A DNA stretch of 63,758 nucleotides, counting the filler. It is 4 parts of 4 records of this genome, joined end to end, with 100 filler letters (N's around TTAATTAATTAA, not from the genome) between each part and the next. Parts side by side here need not be neighbours in the genome. Positions count along the whole stretch, not along the records: positions 1 to 27,016 come from DRR723986_11171; 3 more parts are not named here. One strand, 5' to 3'. The notes below the pieces were generated by a model. The model was given only the letters and a program-made list of their open reading frames with translations. It ran no database searches and was not told the origin of the DNA. Below are positions 10,056 through 19,334 of the stretch, piece after piece. Position 1 is the stretch's first letter; each line of letters begins with the position of its first letter. The position numbers and the translations under genes are program-made.

Positions 10056-10787
10056 CTAGAGCGCAAGCTGAACACCAATGTTGGTACTTAACATTAGAAG
10101 GGTTGATTCACTTTGCAGACCAACAAAAGGAGTATTATTGATAGCCGGTGAAAGTCCGTCCAGCTCCAGGCCACTGACCCAGTTTAGGCGCGTTTCAATC
10201 TGCAGGGCGAACATTTCAGAGAGTGGAATGCGATAGCCCAATCCGATATTTATGCCAATACCACTTCCGCTAAAATCGGATTCGACGCCGTTTGGAGCTT
10301 CGGTTGTACCGTCGTACTGAACTTCAGCAGAAGCCAGGTTAAGCCCCAGACCGGCTTGCAGGTAGAGATACTGCAGTGGTGAACCCAGCGGATCGCCGGC
10401 AGCTGCGGCGCTGTCTGCCAATACAAATGGCTGAAATTCCAGGTGCGCAGAAATGGAGTTAACCGAAAGTAAAATTTCGCGACTGATACCGGCCTCAAAC
10501 GGTTCTGACTCACTGGATGCCGATGTTAAGTCAAAACCAACACCAACATTAAGCCCCGGGTCGACGGGAATTGAGACTGCGGCGCGGAACCCGAATCCGG
10601 AACTGATGAGTTCCTGTTGCTCATTTAACCAGGGACGCGAAGTGTTAAAGGTTTGAATCGCCTTGTTCCATGCCTCTGCATCCAGAGCGACATAGCTGGG
10701 CGCCACATCAATGTTAATCTGCGCTGCAGCCTGTGGCAGGCTAAAAGGCAGCAGACATAAGATCAGAAAAAGTTTTGTTAAACGCAT
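10056..10787 (-). CDS. Outer-membrane beta-barrel protein
   Basis: Signal peptide, amphipathic strands (YLYLQAGLGL, GINIGLGYRI), C-terminal NIGVQLAL. Confidence 0.75.
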   Translation of the reverse strand: MRLTKLFLILCLLPFSLPQAAAQINIDVAPSYVALDAEAWNKAIQTFNTSRPWLNEQQELISSGFGFRAAVSIPVDPGLNVGVGFDLTSASSESEPFEAGISREILLSVNSISAHLEFQPFVLADSAAAAGDPLGSPLQYLYLQAGLGLNLASAEVQYDGTTEAPNGVESDFSGSGIGINIGLGYRIPLSEMFALQIETRLNWVSGLELDGLSPAINNTPFVGLQSESTLLMLSTNIGVQLAL

Positions 10788-10799
10788 GCTGTTCCCAAT

Positions 10800-12170
10800 C
10801 TATGCCATTTGGAGAAGTTCAATTGCGGCGCGATAGCCGGATTCGATGGCTCCGTGAACGGTGCCCTGATTTCCGTTTGCACTGGTCGCTTCTCCAGCAA
10901 AGTAGACTTTGCCGGGGATGGGCGTTGCAGCGCTGGTACGACTCGAGAAAATGTTAACTGACGAGTGCGAGAACGCTCCGCGCAAAAACGGATCGGAGGT
11001 CCAGTCTTTGAAAAATGAATCGACAAATGCCGGACGGGCCTGGCCTTCAAACAGTTCGTCCAACTCCGTCAGGAATAAATCTTGCAGATCTATGTCGATC
11101 AATGAATAGTTGAGCGCACGCTCGCCATAGACTTCAGCACGCAGGACCGCCGGCGCACCTTCCAGGCCAACACCCATGTCACGATAGACAGTGACGTTTG
11201 ATGTGCCGATAATGTCACCCGGCGCCCAGAAACGATCGTTAAAACGCATGAGAGCGGTGAGTCCGGCATCCACACCGATGCGGTCAAGAGCAGCCTGACG
11301 CGCGGTAGAAAATCCAGGAGTCAGCTCGATGTCACCATCTTGCAAAATGTTAATCGGAACGGTCAGAACAACCTGATCGGCAAGAATTTCGGCTCCATCA
11401 CGCAGGCCGACGCGTACCTGCGAACCGCTCCAGTCTATGGCATTTACGATCTGATTGAGCTGGACAAGATCACTCTGTGGTCCGATCAGATTTGCCTGGA
11501 TGAAGGCCGCCATGCTGTTGCCAAATCGCTGAAATTCGCGACCGGCCAGGCCACGTGCGTTTTCCGATGCCAGCGAAGCCGCACCAAGCGAAGCCGGATC
11601 TGCGCCGTAATCATGCGTCAGCCATTCGACCAGGCGGCCCAGCCCCTGCTGTGTTCCCGCCGCATCAAAGTATTCTGCGAGAGTTATATCACCACCGGCG
11701 TAGTTAGCCAGATCAGCATTTGCCTGCAGCAGCGCCTGGATGGTGGCATCTTGCTCCAGAATACTCGCAGGCTGCAGGCTGTCGTTCACCCAAACATTTC
11801 CAGGCTGATAGTCCGGCAGGAGGTTTGCTGAGCGCCCGCGCGCCCAGTCAGCCAAAATTGACGAGGTGCCACGCAGGCGCGAAGCACCGAGATCAAATTC
11901 TCCGAGCCCCGGAATCGTAGCCCCAAGGACACGGCCGCCGATGCGATCGGAAGCTTCCAGGATTGTGACGTTGGCGCCCCGTCCACGCAGGATACTGGCG
12001 GCATACAGTCCGGCAACACCGGCTCCAATAATGACGACGTTGGAGCTGAGCGTCTTATCGGAGAATAAAATTTCGTCGCCGCTGCATGACGAGAGGAGCG
12101 AAGGCAGGATCAGGGATCCGAGCCCCCAGGCAGCGCCGGTCCGCAGGAATGTGCGGCGGGATTTATCCAT
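10800..12170 (-). CDS. Flavin monoamine oxidase family protein, Tat-exported lipoprotein
   Basis: SRRTFL twin-arginine motif + LSSC lipobox; GAGVAG…EASDRIGGR FAD site; YFAGEAT…GTVHGAIESGYRAA. Confidence 0.85.
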   Translation of the reverse strand: MDKSRRTFLRTGAAWGLGSLILPSLLSSCSGDEILFSDKTLSSNVVIIGAGVAGLYAASILRGRGANVTILEASDRIGGRVLGATIPGLGEFDLGASRLRGTSSILADWARGRSANLLPDYQPGNVWVNDSLQPASILEQDATIQALLQANADLANYAGGDITLAEYFDAAGTQQGLGRLVEWLTHDYGADPASLGAASLASENARGLAGREFQRFGNSMAAFIQANLIGPQSDLVQLNQIVNAIDWSGSQVRVGLRDGAEILADQVVLTVPINILQDGDIELTPGFSTARQAALDRIGVDAGLTALMRFNDRFWAPGDIIGTSNVTVYRDMGVGLEGAPAVLRAEVYGERALNYSLIDIDLQDLFLTELDELFEGQARPAFVDSFFKDWTSDPFLRGAFSHSSVNIFSSRTSAATPIPGKVYFAGEATSANGNQGTVHGAIESGYRAAIELLQMA

Positions 12171-12268
12171 AGTTTTATCCACAAAGATTTCGCGTTTGTG
12201 TATGTGCCGATTCGCTCGGCTGCCGGTCGGTTCTCCGCCTTGCGTCCTAAGGACACATCAAACGCGGA

Positions 12269-12805
12269 TCAATCATCATCATCGTCAAGAAATTTTACGA
12301 GCAGGTATTCATCCACAAGTTGGTTGTCTAGAATCACGGCGTGAAGTTTGACACCTTCGATATCAAAACCAACCTTGCGGCACAGAGCAACCCCAGGTTC
12401 ATTTTTCGTTATCACGCTGAGTTCTATGCGGAGAATTCCCTGGCGGCGTGCCCAGGCAAACAGATTGCGGCATAGCCCGGAGCCGATGCCTTGTTTATGC
12501 CGTTCGGCGACTACGGCTAGTCCACCGACGGTGACGCGGTGACGAACACGCCGGTAGGCTTCACCTTTTGTGCTTAGGAAGCCCAGAAGCTCACCATCTT
12601 CTTCGGCTACGAATATCGTGGAACGCGGCGTCACCAAGTAATTGCGGATATACTGCCGCACGGAGCCTGGATCACGATTTAGTTCGTCTGGTTCCAACAG
12701 ATGAAAGCCTGACTCTGAATAAACTTTCTCCAGGAGCGCGATAAATGCTTCAGCATCACGCTCTTCAATTTCGCGAATTACCACCCGATCCGTGTCTTGC
12801 GCCAT
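12269..12805 (-). CDS. GNAT family N-acetyltransferase
   Basis: HKQGIGSGL acetyl-CoA motif; RIELSV…N…KVGF.IEG. Confidence 0.88.
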   Translation of the reverse strand: MAQDTDRVVIREIEERDAEAFIALLEKVYSESGFHLLEPDELNRDPGSVRQYIRNYLVTPRSTIFVAEEDGELLGFLSTKGEAYRRVRHRVTVGGLAVVAERHKQGIGSGLCRNLFAWARRQGILRIELSVITKNEPGVALCRKVGFDIEGVKLHAVILDNQLVDEYLLVKFLDDDDD

Positions 12806-13027
12806 GCTACCCTATCCTACCTTGAACGCTCTGGAAACCGTTCGCGCAATTAGTGGACACTCCACTCTGCAGTATGCGCCTCGGAACAATAATCCCGAAG
12901 AAAAAATCCGCTCAAGATAAGACAAAGCCCTAAGAACTAAAAACAGGCCTACAGCTTGTTTTCCGTCATAATTTGGCAGTTGGATGCCGCCAATGATAGA
13001 AGCCCAGGTAGTGGCGACTCCCCGGCG

Positions 13028-13996
13028 TCACCCATTTTGGGGCATGGGGCCGCGGAAGCCTTGCCAGCGTTGCAACATTTCTTCCAGGCCGCTGCGTAAA
13101 TCGTATTGCGGCGCAAATCCGTACGCCAAAAGGCGTTCTGAATTTAGGCTGAAAGAAACCGAACTATTTGTTCCCTGGTCCGTGTGACGAATCTCCAGGT
13201 CCGGGCGCATGGCTCTTAAGCTTGATGCGATTTCCAACACACTTGCATTGATTGTGGCAGCATTCAGCAAAGGCGCAACGGCACGCTTTTGATCAAGGCA
13301 GAGCATTAGAACTGCTGAGGCGTCTTCTACGTGGATCAAGGGCCGCTGCTGTGTGCCGTCACCGTGAACAACCAGAGGATGTTTAACACCGGCTTTGAAG
13401 GCAAATCGATCGGCAACGGTATCAAATCGCATCGCCGGAGCCGTGCCAAAGGTTGTACCCATCCGCACCGCGACAGCTTCCATCCCGCGCTGCGCCGCGG
13501 CCAGCACTGCCTGTTCACCGCGCAGTTTGGAGGCTGCATATGGACTGGTAGGATTGCAAGTGTCCTGTTCGCAAAAGGGCCCGCCCAAACCATAGACACT
13601 CGCGCTACTGGCATATACAAAGCGCTGCACACCGGCTTCCAGAGCACATTCAGCCACAGATGCGGCTCCCCAGTGATTAACCTGCTCAGTCCATTCGGGA
13701 TTTTCAAATGAAAGCGGAGTGCGTACCAGGGCTGCCAGATGGACGACGTCATGTACCCCCTGCATGACGCGACGCAGATTTATGCGGTCCAAAATATCAC
13801 CTTCCACAAACTCAAAACGGCCCAGTGCCGGCAGATTCATCAACGCGCCATAATTGGCACGGCGCAGATTGTCATAGATCCGAATAGTAGCCCCCGCATA
13901 ACGCGGATCCTGCGCCAGGTCCGCAAGTAATCGCGAGCCGATGTAACCGGCTCCCCCGGTAATCAAGACGGTACGTGAGCCCTGTGGATGCTTCAT
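13028..13996 (-). CDS. NAD-dependent epimerase/dehydratase (extended SDR)
   Basis: TGGAGYIGS, HLAA, SSASVYG, YAASK. Confidence 0.9.
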   Translation of the reverse strand: MKHPQGSRTVLITGGAGYIGSRLLADLAQDPRYAGATIRIYDNLRRANYGALMNLPALGRFEFVEGDILDRINLRRVMQGVHDVVHLAALVRTPLSFENPEWTEQVNHWGAASVAECALEAGVQRFVYASSASVYGLGGPFCEQDTCNPTSPYAASKLRGEQAVLAAAQRGMEAVAVRMGTTFGTAPAMRFDTVADRFAFKAGVKHPLVVHGDGTQQRPLIHVEDASAVLMLCLDQKRAVAPLLNAATINASVLEIASSLRAMRPDLEIRHTDQGTNSSVSFSLNSERLLAYGFAPQYDLRSGLEEMLQRWQGFRGPMPQNG

Positions 13997-14796
13997 GAAT
14001 GGTCCTTTTGTTCGGATGGAATTGCTTGAGTTCTATTCGGATTGTCGGTTGAATCTTCTTTGCGCAAATTCTTGGAAACTCCCGATTGGGATTTAGCCGG
14101 CTGAGTAGTCTCGGTGTGTATGCCACATTCCGTCTTGCCACTGCCGGCCCACCGCCCACCGCGTTCGTCTTCACCTGCGCCAACCGGGCGCGTGCAAGGC
14201 GCACAGCCTATGCTCATGTAACCTTGTGACATCAAGGGATGTGAGGGCAGGTCATGCGCATTTATGTAGGTCCAGATATCGCGGCTCGTCCAGTTTAACA
14301 TCGGATGGATTTTGGCGACTCCATTGGATGTCAGTTCTACCGGTTTAAGGGAACTGCGATGCGCAGTCTGGTCCCGACGGACTCCGCTGATCCAGGCGGA
14401 ACGATCCTGCATGTAGCGATCCATCGGCTCAACTTTGTTGATGTGACAGCACAAATCCGGATCATGCCTGTACAGTCCTTCACCATAACGCTGCATCAAA
14501 TCATGTTTTTCGATTGTCGGATGCAGAACCTCAATGTTAAGACCAAATTGAGTGCGCAGAGTATCCCGGAACTGGAGTGTTTCAGGAAAGTGAAATCCGG
14601 TATCAAGAAATACTACCGGCACGTGCGGACAGTGCCGTGAAACCAAATGCAGCAATGGAATACTTTGTGATTGAAATGAAGAACTGACTGCCACGGCTGT
14701 ACCGAATTCCTCCCAGGCCCACGCCAAAATTTCCGGTGTAGGTGCAGCGGCAAAACGCTGGTTAATTCCTGCGATATCGTCTGGTTGTAACAACAT
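13993..14796 (-). CDS. cysH: Phosphoadenylyl-sulfate / adenylyl-sulfate reductase (Fe-S type)
   Basis: SSSF, FLDTGFHFPET, CC…CAPC cluster ligands, ERGGRW, KTECGIH. Confidence 0.92.
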   Translation of the reverse strand: MLLQPDDIAGINQRFAAAPTPEILAWAWEEFGTAVAVSSSFQSQSIPLLHLVSRHCPHVPVVFLDTGFHFPETLQFRDTLRTQFGLNIEVLHPTIEKHDLMQRYGEGLYRHDPDLCCHINKVEPMDRYMQDRSAWISGVRRDQTAHRSSLKPVELTSNGVAKIHPMLNWTSRDIWTYINAHDLPSHPLMSQGYMSIGCAPCTRPVGAGEDERGGRWAGSGKTECGIHTETTQPAKSQSGVSKNLRKEDSTDNPNRTQAIPSEQKDHS

Positions 14797-14839
14797 GTTA
14801 AGTCAGAATCTTGCCAATTTAGATCGACCGTTGGTGATA

Positions 14840-15937
14840 TTAATTGTACTGTATCAGGTCTTCGTTCCAAACGGCATTGTGCCATTTGCGTGGCCAGGGC
14901 CACTTCGGGGAGTTTTTTGGCGCCCCACCCTCTGGGTGCTCGCCGGCAGATTTGTTAACATCAGAATCGCTTGCGGGTTCCGTGTATTCCACAAATGCCG
15001 GGCCTATCAATGGATCAACTACGAGGATGAACTCTTCATCGAATTCGGGTTCAAAGTCTGGATCAAAGTCAGGGTTGGTCTCTGGTTTCAACTCAAAATT
15101 ACACGGCGGCTTTATGCCGGATTCTTCAGAGCTGTCGCTGCAAGACTTTGCAGTGCCGTCTGTACTTTCACTTGTGCTTTTCTTTTGTTGGTCGCCCTTA
15201 GGGGCTTTTAGTTGGCCTGAAGTTCGCTTTGTTGTTTGCTGCCCTGGCCCGGCGGTCTGCGGATGATCTGGATCCTCAGGCGGAGAGTCCTTTTTTGATG
15301 AACCGGCCGGCACGGCCGAATTCCGCACAGTTACAACGAGGCGCTGTGTAGCCAAACCTGTCAGGATAACTGAGACTGCCGCCCAAACGGCAACTAGGGG
15401 CTGCGCCTGAGAGAATGCAGACCAACACAGAAGAATGCAACCTGTCCAGGCAAGACAAACTCCAAAATAGGCGCATCCAAGTTCACGCCTATTCCAGCGG
15501 ACGGCAATCACTTTCCGTTTTTTCCTCAGCAACAAGGGATTGGGTTTGGTTGAAGACAGTGCGGGGCCGGGCTGCCACGGGTATTGCGCACGAAACTGTG
15601 GAGCGATCCAATAGTGATCCAGACTGTTAAGCGGTTGGCCGTAGAGTTTTTTTGCCGTGTCACATTGTGTGGGAGAGCCGGGTGACTCAAATGTGTGTGG
15701 CACGATCGAAGGGGTGAATGCGTCATCTGCGCGCGCTTCCACTTTGCGGCCGCGTCGCCATTCAACTATACGCAGGCAGATTCTGGCGGGAAGTGTGATG
15801 CCCCAGAGCAGCACAAACTTCGACGCTGATACTAGTAATGAACGCAATAACAGCAAGTGATTACGCAGTGTTGGAGATTGACTTTCCTGTTGAATCTGAT
15901 CTTGTGAGGCTTGCATAAGAGCTCCGCATGTGGGCAC
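14840..15937 (-). CDS. Hypothetical membrane protein with acidic low-complexity C-terminus
   Basis: 365-aa ORF with hydrophobic segments and PDFDPDFEPEFDEEF; no family recognised; start uncertain. Confidence 0.4.
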   Translation of the reverse strand: MPTCGALMQASQDQIQQESQSPTLRNHLLLLRSLLVSASKFVLLWGITLPARICLRIVEWRRGRKVEARADDAFTPSIVPHTFESPGSPTQCDTAKKLYGQPLNSLDHYWIAPQFRAQYPWQPGPALSSTKPNPLLLRKKRKVIAVRWNRRELGCAYFGVCLAWTGCILLCWSAFSQAQPLVAVWAAVSVILTGLATQRLVVTVRNSAVPAGSSKKDSPPEDPDHPQTAGPGQQTTKRTSGQLKAPKGDQQKKSTSESTDGTAKSCSDSSEESGIKPPCNFELKPETNPDFDPDFEPEFDEEFILVVDPLIGPAFVEYTEPASDSDVNKSAGEHPEGGAPKNSPKWPWPRKWHNAVWNEDLIQYN

Positions 15938-16499
15938 AATTGTCGCAGCCAGAACAAATTTGGCTGCTGTTTTGCGCCAATTCTAGCGCAAAGCCTGCGG
16001 AAAAAAGCGGCAATAAAACTGAACGGGCAGTAAACCGAGGTAAGCGGGCAGATTTAATATATAAACGGGAAGTAACTGGTGTTGGGTGGTGAACAAAAAA
16101 ACAAAGGATTCCCATGGTGGAGAATCCTTTGATCTCAGTGACGACAAGTGGTTTGCTCCTGAATAAACACTTTTGCCGACACTGGCGAATCAATTTTCAT
16201 GCGACTAGCTGATCCCGGCGTTGTGGAGCTCTGTCTGAGCAAATCCGCAACGCGCGCATAAGGACACGGACCAGGTCAAAGTTATTTCTTTGAAGAGTTT
16301 GCATCGTAATCACGGGGAAGAGTTGAAGCCTCGGAGAAGAAACAACTGAGAAGTTTGCTCTCTCAGTTTTGTAATGCCCGACTTTGAATCGAACAGTACA
16401 AATGTACGGAGATCTCAATACATAAACAAGGAATTTTTCACTTTTATTTTGTCACTATAGATTGGCAGCTATTCCTGCAAAATATGCCTGTCAGGGCCA

Positions 16500-16543
16500 C
16501 AAAACGACGAAAGCCGAACTCCACTAAGGGAATTCGGCTTTCG
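16500..16543 (-). terminator. Probable intrinsic terminator after topA
   Basis: cgaaagccgaa…ttcggctttcg stem, followed on the minus strand by tcgtttt. Confidence 0.6.
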
Positions 16544-16568
16544 AAATTTCAACATCTGGACCGGCCAA

Positions 16569-18995
16569 TTATTCGGGTGCGTCGGCACCGTCATTTGCAG
16601 CAGGCTTGGCCTTACTTTTGGCCTTTGGTTTGGCTTTTGATTTAGCCTTTGACTTAGCTTTAGCTTTTGTCTTGGCTTTAGGTTTGGCCTTCGCCTTGGA
16701 TTTGGCTTTACTTTTCGCTCTGCCCTTCTTCTCTGGTGCGGCTGCAAGCATTGCCTGACACTCGGAAAGTGTCAGCTGCTCATAGTCGGCATCTTTGGGA
16801 ATTCGCGCATTTTTGGAACCGTCAGTAATATATGGTCCCCAGCGTCCCTTAAGAATCTGTACGTCTTCGCCCTCAAACGTTCTGAGGATTTTCTCCAGAT
16901 CTGCCTTTTTCTTGGCGACAACAATTTCGAGTGCGCGTTCAAGTGAGATTGAATACGGATCATCTTCTTTGATAGAAGCGAAGCTGCTGCCGTAACGCAC
17001 GTAAGGACCAAAGCGACCAATGTTCACCGAGACTTTTTCGCCCTCAGGCGTCTCGCCCAGATGGCGTGGCAGCTTAAAGAGATCCAGCGCTTCTTCCATC
17101 GTAATCGAGTCCATACGCTGATCAGGGCGCAGGCCTGCAAAGCGTGGTTTCTCTTCGTCCTCACGGGTACCGATTTGCACCATTGGGCCGTAGCGTCCCA
17201 AGCGCACACTTATAGGCCGGCCGCTTTCGGGATCCGGGCCAAGCTCGCGTGCCTGCAGAACCTCAGCGCGTGAGAGATCTTTCTTGGAATCAACCTGATC
17301 GTGGAAACTACCCCAGAATCCCTGCATCAGAGGTTTCCATTCCGTCTCTCCACGTGATACGGCATCCAGATCATCTTCTAACTTCGCAGTGAAATCGTAG
17401 TCGACGTATTTGTCGAAGTGCTCCGTCAGGAAACGATTAACAATTTTGCCAACATCGGTTGGAACAAAACGACGCTTGTCCATTTCCACGTAGGAACGCG
17501 ACTGCAACGTTGAGATGATTGAGGCATAAGTCGATGGACGCCCAATGCCAAATTCTTCCAGAGATTTAACCAGCGACGCCTCTGAGTAGCGTGGCGGCGG
17601 CGTGGTAAAGTGCTGCTCGGTCAGCACATCTTTGAGCGCGATAGTCTCGCCCTGAACGAGTTCAGGAAGGAATTTTTCTTCGTTCTCGGATTTTTTGTCG
17701 TCCACGCCTTCCTGATACACTGACATAAATCCAGGGTCGGCAATGCTCGAACCCGTTGCGCGGAACATCCCGGCATCACACACCAGCGATGCCGCCGTTG
17801 TGTTCAGCGTAGCATGAATCATCTGGCAGGCAACAGTACGGCGCCAGATAATGCCGTACAGTTTCATCTGGTCGTCACTCAGATAGGGCTTGAGTGAGTC
17901 CGGTGTGCGCTCTACGCCCGTAGGACGAATTGCTTCGTGCGCCTCCTGCGCATTTTTGGCTTTGGTCTTGTAGGTATGCGGTTTTTCGGGAAGAGCCTTA
18001 GCGCCATAACGTCCGGTGATGAAATCACGCAGGTTGTTAATCGCTTCGCCGGCCAAATGCACCGAGTCAGTCCGCATATACGTAATCAAACCGACCGAAC
18101 CGGAGCCAACATCGACCCCTTCGTAGAGCTGCTGAGCCGTACGCATGGTGCGCTGTGCCGAAAAGCCCAGTTTACGCGAGGCTTCCTGTTGCAGCGTAGA
18201 CGTTGTAAACGGAGCGGCAGGATTGCGCTTGCGTTGTTTCTTCTCAACCGCTTTCACGTGCAATGAACCATGCGCTGAGTCTATCAGTGTTTTGCGAACA
18301 ACTCCGGCGCGTTCAGCATCCACGATGCTGAACTGCGTAATTTTTTCACTCTCAAATTCCACCAGCTTGGCGCGGAAGCCAACATCACCTTTATGTGAGT
18401 CTGCATCTACCGACCAGTATTCGCGCGCCTCAAAACGCTCGATTTCGCTTTCGCGTTCTACGATCAGGCGCAGAGCCGGACTCTGCACACGACCGGCGGA
18501 GAGGCCGGGCTGAACCTTGCGCCATAGCAAAGGTGAAAGATTAAAACCTACCAGGTAGTCCAGGGCACGACGTGCCTGCTGCGCATTGATCAGGTCTGTT
18601 GAAAGCGTGCGCGGATTCTCAATTGCTGCGCGGATCGCATTCTTGGTAATCTCGTAGAATACTACGCGGTGAACGGGTTTGTCGTTCAGGATATCGCGTT
18701 CGCGCAACAATTCCAGAATGTGCCAGGAAATAGCCTCACCTTCGCGGTCAGGGTCAGTCGCCAGGTAGACTGCCTCCGCGCGTTTGACGGCTTTACTGAT
18801 AGCATCAACGTGCTTTTTGTTTTTCTCGATGACGTCATATTTCATCGAAAAATCGGCGGTGTCAACCGCGCCTTCCTTGGGAACCAGGTCCCGCACGTGT
18901 CCGTACGAAGCCAATACGACAAAATCGGTTCCCAGGTATTTATTGATGGTACGCGCTTTCGCCGGTGACTCGACGATAACGAGATTCTTAGCCAT
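16569..18995 (-). CDS. topA: DNA topoisomerase I (type IA) with C-terminal repeats and Lys/Ala-rich tail
   Basis: IVESPAKA, ATDPDREGE, SAGRVQS, ITYMRTDS, AQEAHEAIRPT, GIGRPSTY; GRYGP/GRFGP/GRWGP repeats. Confidence 0.97.
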   Translation of the reverse strand: MAKNLVIVESPAKARTINKYLGTDFVVLASYGHVRDLVPKEGAVDTADFSMKYDVIEKNKKHVDAISKAVKRAEAVYLATDPDREGEAISWHILELLRERDILNDKPVHRVVFYEITKNAIRAAIENPRTLSTDLINAQQARRALDYLVGFNLSPLLWRKVQPGLSAGRVQSPALRLIVERESEIERFEAREYWSVDADSHKGDVGFRAKLVEFESEKITQFSIVDAERAGVVRKTLIDSAHGSLHVKAVEKKQRKRNPAAPFTTSTLQQEASRKLGFSAQRTMRTAQQLYEGVDVGSGSVGLITYMRTDSVHLAGEAINNLRDFITGRYGAKALPEKPHTYKTKAKNAQEAHEAIRPTGVERTPDSLKPYLSDDQMKLYGIIWRRTVACQMIHATLNTTAASLVCDAGMFRATGSSIADPGFMSVYQEGVDDKKSENEEKFLPELVQGETIALKDVLTEQHFTTPPPRYSEASLVKSLEEFGIGRPSTYASIISTLQSRSYVEMDKRRFVPTDVGKIVNRFLTEHFDKYVDYDFTAKLEDDLDAVSRGETEWKPLMQGFWGSFHDQVDSKKDLSRAEVLQARELGPDPESGRPISVRLGRYGPMVQIGTREDEEKPRFAGLRPDQRMDSITMEEALDLFKLPRHLGETPEGEKVSVNIGRFGPYVRYGSSFASIKEDDPYSISLERALEIVVAKKKADLEKILRTFEGEDVQILKGRWGPYITDGSKNARIPKDADYEQLTLSECQAMLAAAPEKKGRAKSKAKSKAKAKPKAKTKAKAKSKAKSKAKPKAKSKAKPAANDGADAPE

Positions 18996-19334
18996 TTTGA
19001 TATCCCACTGTCATTGTTAAAAGCCCGGACCGCATCATTCGACGGCACTATTGAAGTCCCGCAGCCATGCGAAGTAAGGTGGAGTCTTGAGAGAGTTTTT
19101 GTGCAGGCCCTCTTGTATTACCGAGGAATGCAAAACCGCCGGTTGCCAGGAGCAACACGGCACTCATCAATTGTCCCATGGTATCAATCCGTGTGGCCGG
19201 AAAGTATCGCCGCACGGCTCAAAATGTCATGGTCCGACCGCATTTCCAAATCGACGCCTTGGGCGTCCGTACGTCAAGCGAACTCTGCTAATCCATTGTG
19301 TTACACAATAGTCAACTGTATCAGCACTCCAAAA

